A stretch of DNA of 62,996 nucleotides, filler included, from Octopus bimaculoides (lineage: Eukaryota), in the NCBI RefSeq assembly GCF_001194135.2. It is 7 parts of 5 records of this genome, joined end to end, with 100 filler letters (N's around TTAATTAATTAA, not from the genome) between each part and the next. Parts side by side here need not be neighbours in the genome. Positions count along the whole stretch, not along the records: positions 24,892 to 37,753 come from NC_068984.1; positions 37,854 to 41,685 come from NC_068984.1; 5 more parts are not named here. One strand, 5' to 3'. Of this stretch, positions 27,167-40,778 are shown piece after piece. The position numbers and the translations under genes were made by a program. Within the stretch, counting starts at the first letter, position 1, and each line of letters opens with the position of its first letter. Under the pieces are notes generated by a model that had not been told where the DNA came from, did no database searches, and saw only the letters and a list, made by a program, of their open reading frames with translations.

Positions 27167-27236
<70 letters not shown>

Positions 27237-27517
27237 TAGCCACAATGGTCGTTCAATATCATTTATCAAAACCAAGGTGAAAATAAATCACCTGCTATAT
27301 ATGGATGACCGCAAATTGTATCTTCCTTTTATTTATTTTTTACTTGTTCAGTAAAAGGCTGGGGGTACCGCCTTAAAGGGTTTAAAGTTGAGCTAATCGA
27401 CCCAGGAGTATTTTTCAACGCCTGGTACTTATTCTATCAAACTCTTTTGCTGAACCGCTAATTTACGGGGACGTAAATACACCAACAACGGTTGTCAGGC
27501 GGTTATGGGGGGACAAA

Positions 27518-27562
<45 letters not shown>

Positions 27563-27940
27563 GAATGCTGGTTGTGGTTGATGGATGGAAACCTGGAACA
27601 AGAAACTAAATCGTTTATTATTGGACGTCTATGAGCAAGGTATTGGGAAAAATTTCAAAACGATAAGTATTGATAAAACTCTGTCAGAAATGTTTGCAGA
27701 GTGCGTGGATTTAAAGCAGCAGAAAAGTAGTATGAACACGAGCCAGAGGCTATGACAGAGTATAATTATCATAGGATTTTGTGGTATTTGTCCAAAACGT
27801 GTGGCCATACTATTGAAGTAAAAAGATCAGATACAATTGCAGAGAAGAAAATCTGTAAAATCATAAGCAGGAAGGGGTTAAGTCGATTACATCGACCCAG
27901 TACTCTACTGGTACTTAATTTATCGTTCTGAATAATAACA

Positions 27941-27990
27941 GGGATAGATTATAGGAAAGCCTATGACATGATCCCACACTCATGGATAAT
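27941..27990 (+). pseudogene. Short RT fragment of an R4/Dong-like LINE
   Basis: IDYRKAYDMIPHSWII, with AAT repeats on both sides. Confidence 0.75.
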
Positions 27991-28006
27991 AATAATTATA
28001 ATAATA

Positions 28007-28044
<38 letters not shown>

Positions 28045-28207
28045 CATTATAATGATGATGATCATGATGATAATTAATAATATCAATTATTATTATTAAT
28101 AATATTATTATTATTACTACTACTATCATCAACATCCATTTCCTCCTCACCATTACCATCATCATCATCATCATTATCATTATCATCATAACTGTTATTA
28201 TTATTAA

Positions 28208-28266
<59 letters not shown>
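27985..28266. repeat. (AAT)/(TTA)/(ATC) microsatellite complex
   Basis: Directly visible. Confidence 0.95.
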
Positions 28267-28271
<5 letters not shown>

Positions 28272-28415
28272 TCAACCATGCTTAGAACGTCCCTCAGTCG
28301 ATCATTTGTTCATTTTTTTTACTTATTTTATTTTATTAGCTTTATTCAATATTACTGTTTTTTATTAATATTACTATTATCATTATTTATAGCCATTATT
28401 TATAATAAGACAGAC

Positions 28416-28513
28416 TGACGTCAGAGTCGCCAGGGAAGCAGGCAACCAAGCTATATGATACGGTGTTTGCTATTGTCGCAATTTCACAGGTAACAGGACG
28501 TCTACTGACGTCA
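28416..28513. promoter_or_regulatory. Pair of full CRE palindromes TGACGTCA
   Basis: Exact matches at 28416-28423 and 28506-28513 in a locally CpG-rich patch; function not shown. Confidence 0.3.
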
Positions 28514-28715
28514 TACAAATACAAATGTACGATCGCTCAAGGTGATAAGCCTTTCCGGTGACGGCCATCAACTCTTTCACATCAAAGTTGTAGACTTTAT
28601 TAAGTGTCCCAACACTATGTTAGGTACTCTGTATATATTTGTTGCATCTATACACACATTCATACACACACATACACGCACATACACACACATACAGACT
28701 CACGCGCGCGCATTC

Positions 28716-28752
<37 letters not shown>

Positions 28753-29253
28753 NNNNNNNNNNNNNNNNNNNNNNNNNNNNNNNNNNNNNNNNNNNNNNNN
28801 NNNNNNNNNNNNNNNNNNNNNNNNNNNNNNNNNNNNNNNNNNNNNNNNNNNNNNNNNNNNNNNNNNNNNNNNNNNNNNNNNNNNNNNNNNNNNNNNNNNN
28901 NNNNNNNNNNNNNNNNNNNNNNNNNNNNNNNNNNNNNNNNNNNNNNNNNNNNNNNNNNNNNNNNNNNNNNNNNNNNNNNNNNNNNNNNNNNNNNNNNNNN
29001 NNNNNNNNNNNNNNNNNNNNNNNNNNNNNNNNNNNNNNNNNNNNNNNNNNNNNNNNNNNNNNNNNNNNNNNNNNNNNNNNNNNNNNNNNNNNNNNNNNNN
29101 NNNNNNNNNNNNNNNNNNNNNNNNNNNNNNNNNNNNNNNNNNNNNNNNNNNNNNNNNNNNNNNNNNNNNNNNNNNNNNNNNNNNNNNNNNNNNNNNNNNN
29201 NNNCATATATTCGTGAATGTGTGTGCGTGCATGTGGGTGAGTATGTATACATG

Positions 29254-29288
<35 letters not shown>

Positions 29289-30143
29289 GTTTGTATGTGT
29301 GTGTATTTATGTATGTATGTATGTATGTATGTATGTATGTGTGTAAGTACGTATGTATAAGGTTTCTTTTTTACACTGGCGATTTTGCGATTTATTTTTA
29401 GGCTTATTTATTTATTGTATTTAACAATCAATCCGAATGAACAATATTGATAGTTCTTTTTTCTTTTCTTTTCTTTTTTCTCTCTTTTATTATGTTTAGC
29501 GTTATTTAACCGAAACTAGTTGTGTTCTGAAAACAAATCGGGAAAAATCAAGAAATCGAGAAATCTGATCAACAATATATTACAGTAATTGTTTTATTTA
29601 TAGGCAATTATATTTGGTTAGTTACGTACTTTATTTGTTTGTTCGCTGGTCTTTATGTGGTTTAGTGATTGCAGCCACTTGTATATGGATTTGTAACGTT
29701 TTTCTCTTCTTGGCTTTAATATCAAATTGAGGTCAGCAGTGGACGTTGATCAGTTAGATGAGAAAAGAAGACCGTTGGATAAATTTCTTATCGTATTTAC
29801 TTCAGTCCCTTTAAACTGTGATTTCAAGTCATCTTTGCTAACTGGGCCCACCGAATTAGAAGAATCGTTAGAGATTCGGATAAAATATTTTGTAATATTT
29901 AGTTTTGTCCCCCTTCATTCCAAGTTCGAATCCCGTCGAAGTCAACTTTGCCTCTAGATCCAAATGATTGACATAATCATTGGAGATTTGGATAAATCAT
30001 CTTTGTCCCCTTACGTTCCAAGTTCGATTACTATCGAAGTCATCTTTGCCGCTAGGACCATGGAGCTGACAGAATCCATAGCAAGTCATGTAAAATTACT
30101 TGTAGCTGTTAGTTTTATCTCTTTATGGTGGTGGCTGGCACTC

Positions 30144-30735
30144 CTTCGGTTACGACGACGAGGGTTCCAGTTCATCCAATCAACGGAACAGCCTGCTCGT
30201 GAAATTAACGTGCAAGTGACTGAGCATTCCACAGACGCGTGTACCCTTAACGTAGTTCTCGGAGATATTCAGCGTGACATAATGTGACAAGGCTGACCCT
30301 TTGAATTACAGGCACAACAGAAACAGGAAGTAAGAGTGAGAGAAAGTTGTGGTGAAAGAGTACAGCAGGGTTTGCCACCATCCCCTGCCGGAGCCTCGTG
30401 GAGCTTTAGGTGTTTTCGCTCAACAAACACTCACAACGCCCGGTNNNNNNNNNNCGCGTGTACCCTTAACGTAGTTCTCGGAGATATTCAGCGTGACATA
30501 ATGTGACAAGGCTGACCCTTTGAATTACAGGCACAACAGAAACAGGAAGTAAGAGTGAGAGAAAGTTGTGGTGAAAGAGTACAGCAGGGTTTGCCACCAT
30601 CCCCTGCCGGAGCCTCGTGGAGCTTTAGGTGTTTTCGCTCAACAAACACTCACAACGCCCGGTTTGGGAAACGAAACCGTGATCCTATGACCGCGAGTCC
30701 GCTGCCCTAACCACTGGGCCATTGCGCCTCCACTA
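30144..30735 (-). mobile_element. tRNA-derived SINE family D (internal duplication is an assembly artefact)
   Basis: Minus head GGAGGCGCAATGGCCCAGTGGTTAGGGCAGCGG...GGTTTCGTTTCCC; ~30237-30444 is repeated at ~30455-30662 across a 10-N gap. Confidence 0.85.
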
Positions 30736-31177
30736 CATAATCGGTAAAATGTCGGATAAATGGCAAAGTGGTATTTCTCCAAGGCCCTTAACATTCTCAG
30801 TTCTACTCCTATCGAGATCATCTTTGTTTTTAAGTTCAGTGGATTCACAAGGCATGGCATAAACTGCTTTGTAGTACATAGCTCGATCTTCCAAGGGTTT
30901 TGTATTCGAATCGTGCTTTTTGGGTTGCTGGAATGGTGAGACCGGTAAGTGACAAGATGCACTGTTTTCTATTCGATTGCTGAGATTATCTTTGTATATA
31001 TTCCTTCCTGAATAGATAAAATAACAACATGCGACACTGTGTTACAATAAAAATAATTTACTGCGCGTTAAACTAAATACATTGTTGTTTAAAACGAGCA
31101 ATACTGCCCAAAACTTTACACAATACATACGTGTGTGTATGTGTATATATATATATAGATATATAAATTTGTGTTGC

Positions 31178-31231
<54 letters not shown>

Positions 31232-32254
31232 ATTACAACTAGTACGCAGTATAAATGTGTGTGTATGTGTATATATGTGTGTGTGTGCTTATTAGGTAAT
31301 AATACATAAAATATGTGTATAAGATATAGAAAATTAATGCTCATATCGGACCANNNNNNNNNNNNNNNNNNNNNNNNNNNNNNNNNNNNNNNNNNNNNNN
31401 NNNNNNNNNNNNNNNNNNNNNNNNNNNNNNNNNNNNNNNNNNNNNNNNNNNNNNNNNNNNNNNNNNNNNNNNNNNNNNNNNNNNNNNNNNNNNNNNNNNN
31501 NNNNNNNNNNNNNNNNNNNNNNNNNNNNNNNNNNNNNNNNNNNNNNNNNNNNNNNNNNNNNNNNNNNNNNNNNNNNNNNNNNNNNNNNNNNNNNNNNNNN
31601 NNNNNNNNNNNNNNNNNNNNNNNNNNNNNNNNNNNNNNNNNNNNNNNNNNNNNNNNNNNNNNNNNNNNNNNNNNNNNNNNNNNNNNNNNNNNNNNNNNNN
31701 NNNNNNNNNNNNNNNNNNNNNNNNNNNNNNNNNNNNNNNNNAATACATAAAATATGTGTATAAGATATAGAAAATTAATGCTCATATCGGACCAGATACT
31801 TAGAATCTAACATTAAACGAAGGATGGCAGAATCCAGGCAAACAAGGGTTGGTTATAAACAACGTGACGGTTAAGCTAATGAAATTATAATAAAACAAAG
31901 ACAGATACAGACTATTGTTAATGACATCAAAGTATTTATAAAATATTTATACAGAAGGGAATATAAATATATAAATAACTAGGCAGAAAACGAGAAAATT
32001 AAGAAAATTGAGAGTTCATATTAATTCTTCATAGGTATATATATTCTAAATCTCTCACGAAGAGTCTGTCATGATTTTGGGAGGAACTTCCCACTCGTCT
32101 GAACAGCCGAAGGGAGGCTATCAACTTTTACCGACATAGCTTCTTTAAAACGCTTCTAACTTTGGTGGGGGGGGTTGTTTGGGTTTTTTTCCTAAGTTCG
32201 ATATGCTAGTGTCTTTATTAAAATTTAAAAAAAGCATTGATAGAACACTTCAAA

Positions 32255-32580
32255 TAAATGGTACAATCATGTACAGGAAAAGAACTATATATGAATCTGG
32301 TGAACCAAAGTTTCTATGGGGATTTGACATTCAGGCAGATAGAAAAATTGAATACTGTACACATTAAAAAAAGAGAGAATGTCTCATTTTAGACGCTGCA
32401 ATTTTTCAAGCAAATATACATGAAAGACAGCGAAGTAATAAAAAGGAGCATCTTGGAATATACTGATTTAAAAGTAGAGTGATCAAGACTGCGAGGGTGC
32501 TTAGCAAAAGTGTAGTACCAATTCTTATCGGAGCATAATTTTCGAATCCCACCAAAACCTGTTATTCCACTTGGAATGAC
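32255..32580 (+). pseudogene. Decayed RLE domain of an R4/Dong-like LINE
   Basis: KWYNH...KFLWGFDIQADRKIE...KKRECLILDAA...YTDLKVE...VVPILIGA with frameshifts. Confidence 0.75.
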
Positions 32581-32591
32581 TAACAAAACAG

Positions 32592-32786
32592 GTGCAGGAG
32601 TGGCTGTGTGGTAAGTAGTTTGCTTACGAACCACATGGTTCTGGGTTCAGTCCCACTGCGTGGCACCTTGGGCAAGTGTCTTCTGCTATAGCCTCGGGCC
32701 GACCAAAGCCTTGTGAGTGGATCTGGTAGACGGAAACTGAAAGAAGCCCGTCGTATATATGTATATATGTATGTGTTTGTTTGTGT
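32592..32786 (+). mobile_element. SINE family A (young-looking copy, runs into a gap)
   Basis: GCAGGAGTGGCTGTGTGGTAAGTAG...GGTTCAGTCCCACTGCGTGGCACCTTGGGCAAGTGTC...GAAAGAAGCCCGTCG. Confidence 0.9.
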
Positions 32787-35005
32787 NNNNNNNNNNNNNN
32801 NNNNNNNNNNNNNNNNNNNNNNNNNNNNNNNNNNNNNNNNNNNNNNNNNNNNNNNNNNNNNNNNNNNNNNNNNNNNNNNNNNNNNNNNNNNNNNNNNNNN
32901 NNNNNNNNNNNNNNNNNNNNNNNNNNNNNNNNNNNNNNNNNNNNNNNNNNNNNNNNNNNNNNNNNNNNNNNNNNNNNNNNNNNNNNNNNNNNNNNNNNNN
33001 NNNNNNNNNNNNNNNNNNNNNNNNNNNNNNNNNNNNNNNNNNNNNNNNNNNNNNNNNNNNNNNNNNNNNNNNNNNNNNNNNNNNNNNNNNNNNNNNNNNN
33101 NNNNNNNNNNNNNNNNNNNNNNNNNNNNNNNNNNNNNNNNNNNNNNNNNNNNNNNNNNNNNNNNNNNNNNNNNNNNNNNNNNNNNNNNNNNNNNNNNNNN
33201 NNNNNNNNNNNNNNNNNNNNNNNNNNNNNNNNNNNNNNNNNNNNNNNNNNNNNNNNNNNNNNNNNNNNNNNNNNNNNNNNNNNNNNNNNNNNNNNNNNNN
33301 NNNNNNNNNNNTACAGACATACAAACCCACAGATATATATATATATATATATATACAAACACACAGATATAAATATATATGCACACACGACAGGAAAAAT
33401 TCCGAAAATTGGAAAGGGGTTTCGGTAAATTCATACGAATTGACTTTGTTTCCTCATAACCTTTAGAAAAATGGATATTTTTATGAAATCTTTTACAAAT
33501 ATCTTTCACATTGTGCAGATTATGAATATATTGTGATTTAATATGAAAGACAATGGGTGAGCATACACATAAATATTGAAACACATCATATATTTTTTCT
33601 CAAAAAAACCCTGATTTGGGGGAAATTACTCAGTGATCGTAGGATGTTACTAAACTCCACGACATTCACATTAGTGATAGTTGGATGTTCCTAAACTCCA
33701 CGACACTCACTCCTTGAGATATTGGCTATTTTCTATGCCATGTCTATAATAAAAATCTAACAAGACTTATTTGAAATGTTGTGAACTCTAGTAGTTAGTA
33801 TGAAGGATTAGCTGGTGTGAATTTGAAGTCGTAATTCTCTACGACAAAATAACTTTCCTTTGCAATTGCACTATAAATACTAAATGTACATAAATAACCT
33901 AATCTAATAATTATTTTCTCTTTCTTCACCTTCTTCGGCTTGTTAATGAAATTTATTTCTGCAATTATGAAACTGTGTATTTTTTTATAGCGGTTGAAAG
34001 AACACGAATTTATTTATCTTCAACATACATGCACGCATAAAATGTCCGTTAGCGTTTCAGAGTATATATTTCTCACTATGGCATTTATGTAGCTGGAGTC
34101 AGGATTTATGCATAATAACACTTATAAGTAAGTTATAAGCGACGTGTTTATCAATATATATTCCTACTTCAAAAGTAAAATACATTTATTATCTATTTCC
34201 AAATAGGAAACGTATAAAAGTAGTGTTACACAAGCAGCAACCAAACCGGCTATAAAAGTATTTTTAGATACATTTCGTTAAAAAAATACTCATTTTTCTA
34301 AAAGTTTATGAGGAATCAAAGCCAACTCGTGTGAATTTTCCAAAACTCCTCACCTCATTCTCGGAATGCATTTCAGGGAAATCCTGAAATAATCTCGATA
34401 TAATCCCACCTGAAGCGTATCTGTAGAAAGTTCCATTGAAAAATATCCATTTTCCTTAAAGTTATGAGGAAACAAAATCGATTAAGGTAATAATGATGAA
34501 TATAGCAATGATGGTGGCAGCAGCGATGGCGAAAGAGAAATTTCATTCAGCTTTCAAGAACAATAAATATTTAAAGAAAGACGTCAAAGCGAAGATAGGT
34601 GGGTAGACACTAAACAAAAGAAAACAATGAACAAAAGCAACAGACTTTGTTGAAATTAATGAAGCGAATTCAAANNNNNNNNNNNNNNNNNNNNNNNNNN
34701 NNNNNNNNNNNNNNNNNNNNNNNNNNNNNNNNNNNNNNNNNNNNNNNNNNNNNNNNNNNNNNNNNNNNNNNNNNNNNNNNNNNNNNNNNNNNNNNNNNNN
34801 NNNNNNNNNNNNNNNNNNNNNNNNNNNNNNNNNNNNNNNNNNNNNNNNNNNNNNNNNNNNNNNNNNNNNNNNNNNNNNNNNNNNNNNNNNNNNNNNNNNN
34901 NNNNNNNNNNNNNNNNNNNNNNNNNNNNNNNNNNNNNNNNNNNNNNNNNNNNNNNNNNNNNNNNNNNNNNNNNNNNNNNNNNNNNNNNNNNNNNNNNNNN
35001 NNNNN

Positions 35006-35051
<46 letters not shown>

Positions 35052-35335
35052 ATAATTAATATGTATGTATATATCTATATAAATATTTATTGACAAATAC
35101 GTTTGTGTGTCTGTGTACGTATGACGGAGGCGGAATGATACTTCGTGATATGCATATTTTCTTTTATGTATAACAAATGAAATAAATATGTAATTGCAAA
35201 ATAAATATGAAAACTGAAATTCAGGAAAAGAAAAGTGATATGTGTTTTAGCGAAATGTTTTGTTCGCATATGGCTTTGCATTGCTTGTATTTTCAGAGGA
35301 ATATCTTATGGTAAGTGAACACCAAGAAAAATGAC

Positions 35336-35412
<77 letters not shown>

Positions 35413-35430
35413 CGTAAGTAGGTATATATA

Positions 35431-35600
35431 CTGGGTTGTCCGGAAAGTTTGTGTTGATTTTTAAAGGAAAGAAAAAGGTCAATAAATACTTGCTATTACA
35501 TTTTTAATCAACCAAATATGAGCTATTTTGCTGCACAATGCGTCTCCATTTTTCCTTTAACTTGAAAATACCCTCTTCCCAGAATTGAGGTGGTTTCATG
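35431..35600 (-). mobile_element. mariner 3' end with TIR and transposase C-terminus
   Basis: TA|CTGGGTTGTCCGGAAAG terminus; minus translation MKPPQFWEEGIFKLKEKWRRIVQQNSSYLVD* matches the mariner C-terminal FY..GI.KL..RW..V..NG.Y. Confidence 0.85.
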
Positions 35601-36144
35601 GCATATACGTCGAAAGGTAAGCTACTATAAATCGGCACGATCTGTATGTATATATATATACTCACACAAATATGTATGTATATATTTATCTATGTATCCA
35701 TGTGATATATATATCACATAGATACATAGAAAGAAAACAGCATAGGAAATTCATCAGATAAAAAATGAATAAAGGACAACAAAGTATCTTTTTTAAAAAT
35801 CAAAAGAAAAAAAGGAATGAAGATTCGGTTAATTAACCATTTAATGAATTACGTGATATGAAAAGAAGCGAAATGGTTCCGTCAATGAATCCCGCCTCTG
35901 TTGATAATAATTATATTGTATTATGTATCACAGACTCATTCGCTTACAAGTCTAAATACACATATACGCACGCACACGCGTATACACACACACACAAACA
36001 CACACACACACACGCACACGCACACATACATTTGAAATTACAAGTATAAAAATAGAGCATTCTATTTGATTGCAGAGTAACACATGCATACATACATACG
36101 TACGTACATACGTACATACATACATACATACATACATACATACA

Positions 36145-36179
<35 letters not shown>

Positions 36180-36227
36180 GTATGTGTATATATGTGTGTG
36201 TCTGTGGAGTGAGAGAGNNNNNNNNNN

Positions 36228-36262
<35 letters not shown>

Positions 36263-36306
36263 GTATGTGTATATATGTGTGTGTCTGTGGAGTGAGAGAG
36301 AGAGAA

Positions 36307-36369
<63 letters not shown>

Positions 36370-37675
36370 TAGAGAGAGAGGCATCAGTTGAGATCAAGAG
36401 ATTCTCAATATAGAAAACAATAGCACTCAAATGATTTGAACTTACACTCCGAACCTTTACCGAAGACCAAGTCCACAGAGTAAAGAGTGGCTATAAGAGA
36501 AATCTCGGGGAGCATTATGGAGACAATTATGCATGTATGTATGTATTGTATTATATAAAGTTTATAATAATATATATATGTATCTGCGTATCTATATGGA
36601 TATATGAAAAAACATATATATATATATATATATATTGTGTTATATAAAGTTTATAATAATACATATGTATATGCATATCTATATGGATATATATATAGTA
36701 TATCTCACAAAAAAAAAATGAAGAACAAACACAAGAAAAAAACACGAACGCGAGTACGTGGTACATGCAAATTATAGACCGATACCAATTTTTTTTTTTT
36801 TAAATACGTACTCGAATCGATTTATTCGTCTAAACTGTTCAAGGCAGTGACCCGGTATGGCTGAAGTCCAATGACTGAAACAAGTAAGAGGTAACAGCTG
36901 AAAGATATGTACAAAATTAACGAATATTTATCGCCTGGTACTGATTCTAGTAGTTTGCACCTGTATTTTTTTCTATTAGTGCATATCTTTCCTACTCGAC
37001 GACGATACGTATCCATGTAGTCTTGATTGTAATCAGAACCAAGGTAGTTTGAAATAATTGATCAAAATTTATTTGGACTTCTGTTATGCATACCAAGAAT
37101 GAAAAATTTTAAGGATTGTATTTATTTTTCAATAATATAATGTTTTTCTCTGATGTTTTTGTTCGTATCACATGTCGAGTAATTTATTTTTATATTTCTC
37201 CATAGGAGTTCTACGTGTTTGTAAAGAATTTACTGCCTGAAGACAGAAATTCAAACCTGTAGTTGTATGTAGGAACAATATAACAGCAGAAAGCTCTTCA
37301 ACACAAGAACACACTTTTCTCGTTTATGCTTCAAGTAAAATTTGTTCCTGAAGGAAGTATGTCCGAACAATGAGATTGTATAATAATTCGGTACGTTTCA
37401 AATGCGATTTATAAGAACACAAAGAACAAAACAGAATTTTTCCTGAAGACTAAGCTTAGAGAATTAAAAGAGTGTGATTAGAGGAAAAAATGAACTAAAT
37501 CAGGAATGGTAAAAACGTAGATTGGGGGAGAATGACAGAACGGGACAAATAAAATTTCCATAATTGGAAGAGAATCAGACTGAAATATGATCGAGACAGC
37601 TACACTCATAATACTAATGAGAGAGAGTCAATAAACTGAGTGACTGTTTGACATTGGCAAGCAAAGTCTGCATAG

Positions 37676-37718
<43 letters not shown>

Positions 37719-37853
37719 TGTTTGTGTGTAAGTATATATATATATATATATATNNNNNNNNNNNNNNNNNNNNNNNNNNNNNNNNNNNNNNNNNNNNTTA
37801 ATTAATTAANNNNNNNNNNNNNNNNNNNNNNNNNNNNNNNNNNNNNNNNNNNN

Positions 37854-37935
<82 letters not shown>

Positions 37936-38587
37936 TCACGAGGCGTGTATAAATCACTAATCTAAAAGCATATATGATAAAGTCAATAGGTACACAATAT
38001 AATGAGCTAAGAAAAAAACATTATTAATATTTAATCGTTCTCTTGATAATACGAAAGCATCATTGGCTTAATGATCTGTTCTGATCAGGACAGAATCCCC
38101 AAACAGCAATTAAAATTTCTTGGTTCTTTACAGGTACACCACCTACTTTCCGGATACTGATAGTACGGAACTTTTTATAATCCGTACTGATTTATACGCA
38201 AGAACTTCAAATTCCCGCGGCTGACAGATTAGTTTAGTGGTATCTTGCACAGACTAGTACTTAGCATGATATATAGTGTTAATAGGCTTGTATCACTTGT
38301 ATTAATGTACAGGTACCTGTAATTTACTATCGCAGCGAGTTGAACTTACTATGCCTCCAGAACAGAACGAAAGAACTACATGCGTATGCAAGAAATAACA
38401 GTAAACTATGAATGTTATTCTTAATTTCAATTTCAATTTTATTTTATTTTATTAATAGCCCTCTTCTCTTCTCACATGTATTTTATACTCATTTTTGATA
38501 AGGTTTTAAAAAAAAACCGAAACATGTAATGTAAATGAATTAAAACACCCAATTTTTAAAAAAATGGCATTTTCATTTTTGTTTATC

Positions 38588-38624
<37 letters not shown>

Positions 38625-39129
38625 TAGGATGAAGTTTTAATGGTAGGCATCCAAAAGTTTACCAGAGGACTNNNNNNNNNNNNNNNNNNNNNNNNNNNNN
38701 NNNNNNNNNNNNNNNNNNNNNNNNNNNNNNNNNNNNNNNNNNNNNNNNNNNNNNNNNNNNNNNNNNNNNNNNNNNNNNNNNNNNNNNNNNNNNNNNNNNN
38801 NNNNNNNNNNNNNNNNNNNNNNNNNNNNNNNNNNNNNNNNNNNNNNNNNNNNNNNNNNNNNNNNNNNNNNNNNNNNNNNNNNNNNNNNNNNNNNNNNNNN
38901 NNNNNNNNNNNNNNNNNNNNNNNNNNNNNNNNNNNNNNNNNNNNNNNNNNNNNNNNNNNNNNNNNNNNNNNNNNNNNNNNNNNNNNNTTTTTTTCAGCAT
39001 GTTTGTTACAATCACTTGCCGAGATACACCCGACGTTCTGGGGGTAAGTGAAGGATAGGAGATCTTGCAGTTTGACTGAAAGCTTGGGGGAGAGGAAGTG
39101 GTAGGGGCAGCAGCGAAATATCTTCATGT

Positions 39130-39480
39130 AATACAATATAGACATTTGAATGGATAGGGTTTTGCTAAGGATGTGGGCAGTAGTTGTCAGCACAATATTT
39201 TGGATTTCTCTGTGACATGGTTCTCCTGGGATATTATCTAGAGACTTCTGACATCCCTTTTTATCATACTTAGGGCATCTACAATAACAGGAACAGTTCT
39301 TGTTTTAAGATGCCACATCTTTTGTATTTCAATTTCCAGGTCCTTATACTTAATTTGTCAAATTCCTTTACAGATATACTTTTATCATTGGGGGCCACTT
39401 AGATCTATTAGTCTACAAGTGTTTTCTTCCCTGTCTTTAATAATTTTGCCTAGTTTCCTACCCTGGATCGTTCTGTCAGT
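39130..39480 (-). pseudogene. RLE C-terminus of an R4/Dong-like LINE
   Basis: CRLIDLSGPNDKSISVKEFDKLSKYKDLEIEIQKMWHLKTRTVPVIVDAL...EIQNIVLTTTAHILSKTLSI. Confidence 0.85.
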
Positions 39481-39509
39481 GTTGCCTGGAAAATCGCAGA
39501 GGACAGTAG

Positions 39510-39917
39510 CATTTTAACCTTCAACTATTGGCTCAGGGTGATGTTCATACCAGTGTCTGAAGATATGTACATCTCTGATCACGAGCAGAAGTAGTGGGGG
39601 AGCATCATAGCCATGTGTTGATAGGACTTCTTTGGGGTTTGAATAATTCACCTTTGGACACATAGGTGTTTCGTTCATCATCCTTATTTCAGGGATCTTT
39701 CGAGCAAAATGGGCTACTCGACCTGAAGAAAATTCTAACTGGGCGCCAGCGGCAAAGTCATACGCTGTTTATCTTGATATAAGATCACCAGGTCACTCGC
39801 ATTAGGTTGTGATGCATGTCTGGTGTACCCTCATCAGACGGGTAGTCATGATGGGTATATTGGGCTTCATATATTTGTATCCCAGTGTCACTTTGATGAC
39901 ACGCGCTGCTCTCTCAC

Positions 39918-39989
<72 letters not shown>

Positions 39990-39990
39990 T
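39510..39990 (+). repeat. Unclassified GC-richer interspersed element ending in (AAC)n(AAT)n
   Basis: About 400 bp of non-coding sequence with higher GC, ending in a simple-repeat tail; only one copy in the window. Confidence 0.35.
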
Positions 39991-40778
39991 ATATTATATA
40001 GTTAGTTAGATAGATAAATAGATATAAAGATGGATAGATATATTTTTATACATGTGCACACATGCATGTACATACATATATATATCGATATAAATATTTA
40101 TATTTTAAATGTGAATATGTATGCATGGATGTATGTGAGTGCATGCTTGTCTGTGTATGAGTGTGCTTGTGTATGTGTGTGTACGAGTGTGTGTGCGTAT
40201 GTGTGCGCGTCTCTGAGCGTAGACAATACTATTTACAGAAATTGCAGATTGAAACAGAGCAGGGGCGTTATTTCTGTCTTGGATTTATCATTCAGCAGAA
40301 GATATCAAGGAAAAAGTCAATAGAGATGTTAACCGGAAATATTCAGTTGTTTGTGAGATAAGTACCATTAGTTGGGTTACCAAGTTGTCACATAAGCACT
40401 GAGAGCCGCAGTTGAAATCATAAATTACCGGAATCGTCGACGCGTGAAATTAGTTCTGGTCGAACAAACAGAATCACTAAAATAACTCACAAGTCTGTCA
40501 GTTATTCACACATTTTATTCCTTTACAGAACATATGTTCACTGTAATTCCATCGCAGTTATTTCTCGACGTCCCATAACATAGGTTTCACTCTATCCTCG
40601 AACAGGATTAATTTAGGAAGTTCTAAATGATGAACAAATGAAATGGTTGATCCGATAAGATAATAAATCAGTCACAAGATTTTCTAGTGTATTTCTCAAC
40701 CGGACTCAAATATATAATCAGTTTACTTAGCTTCGATTAATGAGAATGATTTATTTACGATAGACTGGCAATATATTT

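Noticed and set aside
30237-30662. 208-bp exact tandem duplication (similar cases at ~36140-36300, ~58270-58350, and 31302-31353 vs 31742-31793)
   Set aside because: Identical sequence on both sides of an N gap indicates unmerged contig overlap, not biology.
30670-30735. Genuine tRNA genes (also 3520-3590 and 47048-47120)
   Set aside because: A/B boxes are present, but there is no complete cloverleaf or acceptor stem and each is attached to a SINE body.
38162-38190. 8-bp perfect hairpin AGTACGGA/TCCGTACT
   Set aside because: Expected by chance in 63 kb; no supporting context.
39815-39850. Minus-strand CTGATGAG as a hammerhead core
   Set aside because: No downstream GAAA or stem III.
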